A stretch of 64,000 nt of DNA from Cyclobacteriaceae bacterium (lineage in GTDB: Bacteria > Bacteroidota > Bacteroidia > Cytophagales > Cyclobacteriaceae): NCBI GenBank assembly GCA_035408225.1, contig DAOOCD010000001.1, positions 3,384 to 67,383 on the forward strand, in the 5' to 3' direction. Shown piece after piece: positions 59,581-64,000 of the stretch. The first letter of the stretch is position 1; each line of letters opens with the position of its first letter. A program made the translations under genes and the position numbers. The notes under the pieces were generated by a model. The model was given only the letters and a program-made list of their open reading frames with translations. It had not been told where the DNA came from and searched no databases.

Positions 59581-60912
59581 CTATTTCCCAAATGGGTTTA
59601 ATGCATTTAAAGCCCGCTTGCCGCCACCCATTTTATTCATGGTCTTCATCAGTTTGCGCATATCTTCGAATTGCTTAAGTAACTGATTCACCTGTTGAAT
59701 GTTGGTACCGCTGCCTTTCGCGATCCGGTTTTTGCGGCTTGGGTTAATCTTATCTGGATTTTCACGTTCGTCTATCGTCATAGAGCGGATGATCGCTTCA
59801 ATAGGTTTGAAAGAATTATCATCAAGGTCTACTCCTTTTAATGCTTTGCCCATACCGGGGATCATGCCCAACAGGTCTTTCATGTTACCCATTTTCTTGA
59901 TCTGTTCCAGTTGCGAAAGAAAGTCGTTGAAGTCGAACTGGTTCTTGCGCATTTTGGCATTGATCCTTTTCGCTTCGTCTTCATCAAAAGTTTGTTGGGC
60001 CTTTTCAACCAAACTAACCACATCGCCCATGCCAAGAATACGGCTCGCCATCCGGTCGGGATAGAAGCGATCGATGGCTTCCATCTTTTCACCCGAACTG
60101 ATGAACTTGATGGGTTTATCAACTACCCTGCGAATTGAAAGCGCAGCTCCACCCCGCGTGTCACCATCCAGTTTGGTAAGTACTACTCCGTTAAAATTCA
60201 ATCGGTCATTAAATGCTTTTGCTGTATTCACTGCATCCTGACCAGTCATTGAGTCAACAACGAATAGAGTCTCTGATGGCTTGAGTGCTTCCTTTAAGCG
60301 GGCAATCTCATCCATCATCGCTTCATCTACCGCTAAACGCCCTGCCGTATCAACAATAACGATTCGGTAATTATTTTTCTTAGCATGTTCAATAGCCGCT
60401 TTCGCGATCTTCACGGCATCTTTGTTTTCGGGCTCGGCATAAACTTCTACTCCAACCTGCTCGCCTAATACTTTTAATTGATCAATAGCAGCCGGACGAT
60501 AAATGTCGCATGCGGTTAGTAGTACCTGACGACCCTGACGTTTTAAGTAGTTGGCCAACTTACCGGAGAAGGTTGTTTTACCAGAGCCTTGTAACCCTGC
60601 AATCAGAATCACAGCTGGATTGCCCTCAATAGAAATATCTTCGCTATCGCCACCCATTAACAGGGTGAGTTCGTCATTTGTAATTTTAGTAAGAAGCTGA
60701 CCCGGAGAAACAGCCGTGAGCACATTCTGGCCCAGTGCTTTTTCCTTGATTTCATCTGTGACCTCCTTGGCCACTTTATAGTTCACATCCGCATCAATCA
60801 GCGCCTTGCGAATTTCTTTTACGGTAGTAGCTACGTTGATTTCTGTAATTCTTCCCTGGCCTTTCAGGGTTTGAAAGGCCTTTTCCAACTTAATACTTAA
60901 ACTATCGAACAT
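59581..60912 (-). CDS. ffh: Signal recognition particle protein
   Basis: GLQGSGKTT, DTAGR, TKLDGDTRGG, M-domain SRKNRIAKGSG; -7 box TAACTTTG at 60936-60943. Confidence 0.98.
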   Translation of the reverse strand: MFDSLSIKLEKAFQTLKGQGRITEINVATTVKEIRKALIDADVNYKVAKEVTDEIKEKALGQNVLTAVSPGQLLTKITNDELTLLMGGDSEDISIEGNPAVILIAGLQGSGKTTFSGKLANYLKRQGRQVLLTACDIYRPAAIDQLKVLGEQVGVEVYAEPENKDAVKIAKAAIEHAKKNNYRIVIVDTAGRLAVDEAMMDEIARLKEALKPSETLFVVDSMTGQDAVNTAKAFNDRLNFNGVVLTKLDGDTRGGAALSIRRVVDKPIKFISSGEKMEAIDRFYPDRMASRILGMGDVVSLVEKAQQTFDEDEAKRINAKMRKNQFDFNDFLSQLEQIKKMGNMKDLLGMIPGMGKALKGVDLDDNSFKPIEAIIRSMTIDERENPDKINPSRKNRIAKGSGTNIQQVNQLLKQFEDMRKLMKTMNKMGGGKRALNALNPFGK

Positions 60913-61012
60913 GATCTTATTTTATTAAAGGGCCACAAAGTTAATGGCTAAATTGTATTCGGGAAATGGAGGTTGGTTCAATAAAAAAAATAAACCGGGC
61001 TTTGGTTCATTT

Positions 61013-61243
61013 TCAGCTATTCCCGGCTTTGGTGCCAATAAGAGTAAGCTCAACTACGATTTGGTTCTTGTTAAAGTTAGAGTATAACAACTTTACCAGG
61101 TCCTGATTTTGCAGGTTGTTGGCGAACTCGAACCCTTTGTCAAAATCGGTCTGACTGTAATTCAAAAACTCCATGACATTACCGGTGCCTCCTTTTTTGA
61201 CGAGATTTCGCAGAACAATCAATTCTATTTCATTGAGCGGCAT
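61013..61243 (-). CDS. Hypothetical protein, possibly winged-helix fold
   Basis: 76-aa ATG ORF filling the gap; ends L...DLVK...VELT.IG, like a wHTH wing. Confidence 0.6.
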   Translation of the reverse strand: MPLNEIELIVLRNLVKKGGTGNVMEFLNYSQTDFDKGFEFANNLQNQDLVKLLYSNFNKNQIVVELTLIGTKAGNS

Positions 61244-61295
61244 GCCGGTTTTGATTTTTGAAGCAACCCTCGCAACTTACATAAAATAAATCTTT

Positions 61296-61751
61296 ATGAG
61301 AATCCTGTTCATCCTGCTGTTGATTTCTGACTTGGCACTTTGCCAGCCCTTGACTGACAAGCAAAAATTAGAAAAACTTTCATGGCTGGAAGGAACCTGG
61401 AATCGTACGAATGTAAAAGCGGGGCGCACTGCCAGCGAGCGATGGGTGAAAACTGATCAGGGTGATTTTCAAGGCTGGGGAGTTTCCATGAATGGACCGG
61501 ATACTTCGTTTGTTGAAAAGTTAAAGATCATTACCAAAGACAATGAGGTTTATTATGTTGCTGATGTGCCGGGCAATAAGGAGTTGACCTATTTTAAATT
61601 TATAGAGTTGACGGCCACAGGATTTGTTTGCGAAGATCCAGAACATGACTTCCCTAAGAAAATTTCTTATCAAATGGATGGCACAAAACTAAAGGCAACC
61701 ATTTCCGGCAACGGAAAGTCGATTGATTATTTTTTTGAGAAGATACATTAG
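61296..61751 (+). CDS. DUF6265-like secreted protein
   Basis: Signal peptide; LSWLEGTW, ERW, DT.F.EKL, F..E.PEHDFPKKI.Y. Confidence 0.8.
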   Translation: MRILFILLLISDLALCQPLTDKQKLEKLSWLEGTWNRTNVKAGRTASERWVKTDQGDFQGWGVSMNGPDTSFVEKLKIITKDNEVYYVADVPGNKELTYFKFIELTATGFVCEDPEHDFPKKISYQMDGTKLKATISGNGKSIDYFFEKIH

Positions 61752-62872
61752 CGGTAATCTATCAACTGGAGATTCATAACCCGCGCGGTTATTAATTTCG
61801 ATGTGTTTCTCATTGCTTCAGCTGAAGATGTCTCCTCATCCACCAACTCAATGACTTTCTTCAAACCCATCAATCGGATTTTTTCGTCAGACAGTTCATT
61901 CTTTCCAACAATAGCTAAAATGGGTTTACGGTATTTATGTGCGAGCTCAGTTACTCCCATTACCACTTTTCCTGATAAGGTCTGTTCATCCATCTTTCCT
62001 TCTCCGGTAATCACCAGATCAGCCAGTTTAATCTGATCTTCCAACTTCAGCGCCTTCAAAATAAAATCTATGCCCCGGGTGAAAGCGGTATTTAAAAATA
62101 CTTTTGACCCAGCACCCAAACCACCCGCAGCCCCTGCACCCGGAAAATGAATGTCAACGTTTAATTCCTTCTCAACAATAGCAGCGAAATGTTTAAGTCC
62201 CTGATCCAGGAGTTGCACACCTTGATCATCGGCTCCTTTTTGTGGACCATAGACAAAAGCAGCTCCATGAGGTCCATAAAGTTCATTATCTACATCGCAT
62301 AGCACAACGAATTGTATTTTGTTCTTCTTTATAAGAAAATGATCATCAACAATTGAATGAATATAAATCAGGTTTGAGCCAATAGGCTGAAGTTCATCAC
62401 CTTTCTTGTCCTTGAATTTCATGCCCAGGGCAGCGGCCATTCCGATGCCTGCGTCATTGGTTGCGCTACCACCAATGGCTAGAATAATTTTAGTAACACC
62501 TCGCGCAATTGCGTCTTTGATAAGTTCTCCGGTTCCGTATGTTGTTGTGTTTAAGGGATTGCGTTCTTCTTTTGTCAACAAGTGTAAGCCAGAGGCGCTC
62601 GCCATTTCGATAAAGGCAGTTGTACCGTCTCCTGAAATTCCATAAGACGCATTTATTTTTCTAAATAATGGATCTGAGACTGAACAGTTTATTACAGAAC
62701 CTCCCGAATTTATAGTTAGTAATTCACTTGTGCCCTCACCGCCATCGGCTAAAGGAACTGAGATAATGGAAAGTGAAGGGTCAAGTTTCAGCAAGCCTGT
62801 ACTCACGGCTTCACAAACCTCCTTCGCGGAAAGTGATCCTTTGAATTTGTCCGGTGCAATAAGGATAGTCAC
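61748..62872 (-). CDS. glxK: Glycerate kinase (GlxK/GarK type)
   Basis: IAPDKFKGSL, ADGGEGT, GGSATNDAG.G, GAGAAGG, TGEG..D.QT..GK. Confidence 0.95.
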   Translation of the reverse strand: MTILIAPDKFKGSLSAKEVCEAVSTGLLKLDPSLSIISVPLADGGEGTSELLTINSGGSVINCSVSDPLFRKINASYGISGDGTTAFIEMASASGLHLLTKEERNPLNTTTYGTGELIKDAIARGVTKIILAIGGSATNDAGIGMAAALGMKFKDKKGDELQPIGSNLIYIHSIVDDHFLIKKNKIQFVVLCDVDNELYGPHGAAFVYGPQKGADDQGVQLLDQGLKHFAAIVEKELNVDIHFPGAGAAGGLGAGSKVFLNTAFTRGIDFILKALKLEDQIKLADLVITGEGKMDEQTLSGKVVMGVTELAHKYRKPILAIVGKNELSDEKIRLMGLKKVIELVDEETSSAEAMRNTSKLITARVMNLQLIDYR

Positions 62873-64000
62873 AGGGCAATATAGAGTAGGATGGAAGTGA
62901 CCAAGGCAGTAAATCCCTGGGCAAGTGTAATCACTGTATAACTTTTATAGGCATTTCGCTCGCTAATACCACTGAATTGCGAGACCACCCAAAAATAAGA
63001 ATCATTGGCATGGGATACCGTCATGGATCCACCTCCAATCGCCAGTACTAAAATGGCAAGATCAAGCGATGAGATAAAACCAGCGGCCGGAGTTAATGGA
63101 GCCAGCAACGAACTTGTGATTATAAGAGCAGATGTTGAAGAGCCTTGTGCGGTTTTTAAAATGGCCGCCAGAAAAAAAGCAATCATTAAGAAAACAGGCC
63201 CACCTGCCTGGGTTGTGGAAACATAGTCTTTTAAAATTACATCAACACCACTCGATTTAATGACACCCCCAAAGGCGCCACCGGCTCCCGTAATCAGAAT
63301 AATAATTCCTGCATCTTTTAGTGCTTCCGAAATCCACGCAGGCCATTCGCTTTTCTGGTTGCCAGAGATTAAAAGAAAAGAAAATGCTAATCCAATCAGC
63401 AGCGCTAATGATGGATTTCCTGCGATCTGAAAAAATGACGACCATGATTTGAGTGCTGGAATAAGACCCGGGAGTGAGCCACAGGAAATCAGAATAATTG
63501 GAAGAATCAAAGGGAGAAAAACAAATATCGAAGAGTGTTTACTCGCATTGGTTTGGATGTGTGTCGATTGATTAGTCTCAATGGTAGCGCCAAATTTTTT
63601 TGAAAGGAGATAAGCAACCAACGCAACCGGTATTGAACCAACCAGGCCAACTAAAATAACCAGTCCAAGATTTGGAGTAAGGCCCAGATTAGCAGCCGCG
63701 GCCAAGGGACCGGGTGTAGGTGGAACCAACGTATGAGTGGTATAAAGGCCTGAAGATAAGGCGAGGGAAAGTTGAGTCGCATTTGTACTTGACGAGGCGA
63801 GCGCTGGAACAAGTCGTGAAAGAATAATGAAGCCGGAATCGCAAAACACCGGAATCCCTACCAGAACCCCTATCATGGTCATTGCCATCAGAGTTCTCTT
63901 TGGACCAAAGCCAGCGATTATTTTATTGCCGATCGAAGTCATAGCCCCGGTTCTTTCCATAACAATGCCGAGGCAGGAGCCAATAGCAACTAAAAATCCG
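62869..64000 (-). CDS. GntP family permease; 5' end lies outside the window
   Basis: IPVFCDSGF, H.LVPPTPGP.AAA, KTAQGSST, SHANDSYFWV; the frame stays open to the window end. Confidence 0.92.
   Translation of the reverse strand, partial: GFLVAIGSCLGIVMERTGAMTSIGNKIIAGFGPKRTLMAMTMIGVLVGIPVFCDSGFIILSRLVPALASSSTNATQLSLALSSGLYTTHTLVPPTPGPLAAAANLGLTPNLGLVILVGLVGSIPVALVAYLLSKKFGATIETNQSTHIQTNASKHSSIFVFLPLILPIILISCGSLPGLIPALKSWSSFFQIAGNPSLALLIGLAFSFLLISGNQKSEWPAWISEALKDAGIIILITGAGGAFGGVIKSSGVDVILKDYVSTTQAGGPVFLMIAFFLAAILKTAQGSSTSALIITSSLLAPLTPAAGFISSLDLAILVLAIGGGSMTVSHANDSYFWVVSQFSGISERNAYKSYTVITLAQGFTALVTSILLYIAL

Noticed and set aside
1-64000. Numerous 60-185 aa ORFs in the track that overlap larger genes (e.g. 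13339..13710, 32875..33345, 47357..47770, 53107..53664, 58929..59312)
   Set aside because: Antisense or off-frame shadows of well-supported genes, with no recognisable motifs.
1-64000. CRISPR array, transposase, integrase, prophage or defence genes
   Set aside because: No regularly spaced 25-45-bp direct repeats and no such protein motifs seen by eye.
61748-64000. GntP permease plus glycerate kinase as a novel pathway
   Set aside because: A common, already described glycerate/sugar-acid uptake pairing.

Overview
A gene-dense, AT-rich chromosomal window from a Bacteroidota genome, probably Cytophagales. The assignment rests on type IX secretion genes, TAnnTTTG -7 promoter boxes and the absence of Shine-Dalgarno motifs. 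It holds about 58 CDS and one tRNA-Leu(CAA). Housekeeping genes include pgk, pfkA, ffh, tsaC/sua5, recQ, phoH, slyD, a DEAD-box helicase and comEC. Other loci are paaR-paaABCD (with a doubled PaaB), an alkB, padR-pspC, an ECF sigma/anti-sigma/beta-barrel triad, a PorU2-like C25 peptidase, a 1731-aa T9SS type-B substrate facing porP/sprF, a RimB-like/rimK/M14 peptidase operon and a Crp-linked rhodanese/OsmC/thioredoxin operon. I saw no integrase, transposase, prophage or CRISPR array. Signals outside the ORF track are: (1) a 5'-truncated four-helix-bundle gene flanked by 7-nt microrepeat arms, plus several empty intergenic inverted repeats built from 7-9-nt units; (2) an A9-tract frameshift in a membrane protein gene; (3) candidate operators for PaaR, Crp, MarR and PadR, and candidate ECF and sigma-54 promoters. 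All family calls come from reading motifs by eye; no database searches were run.
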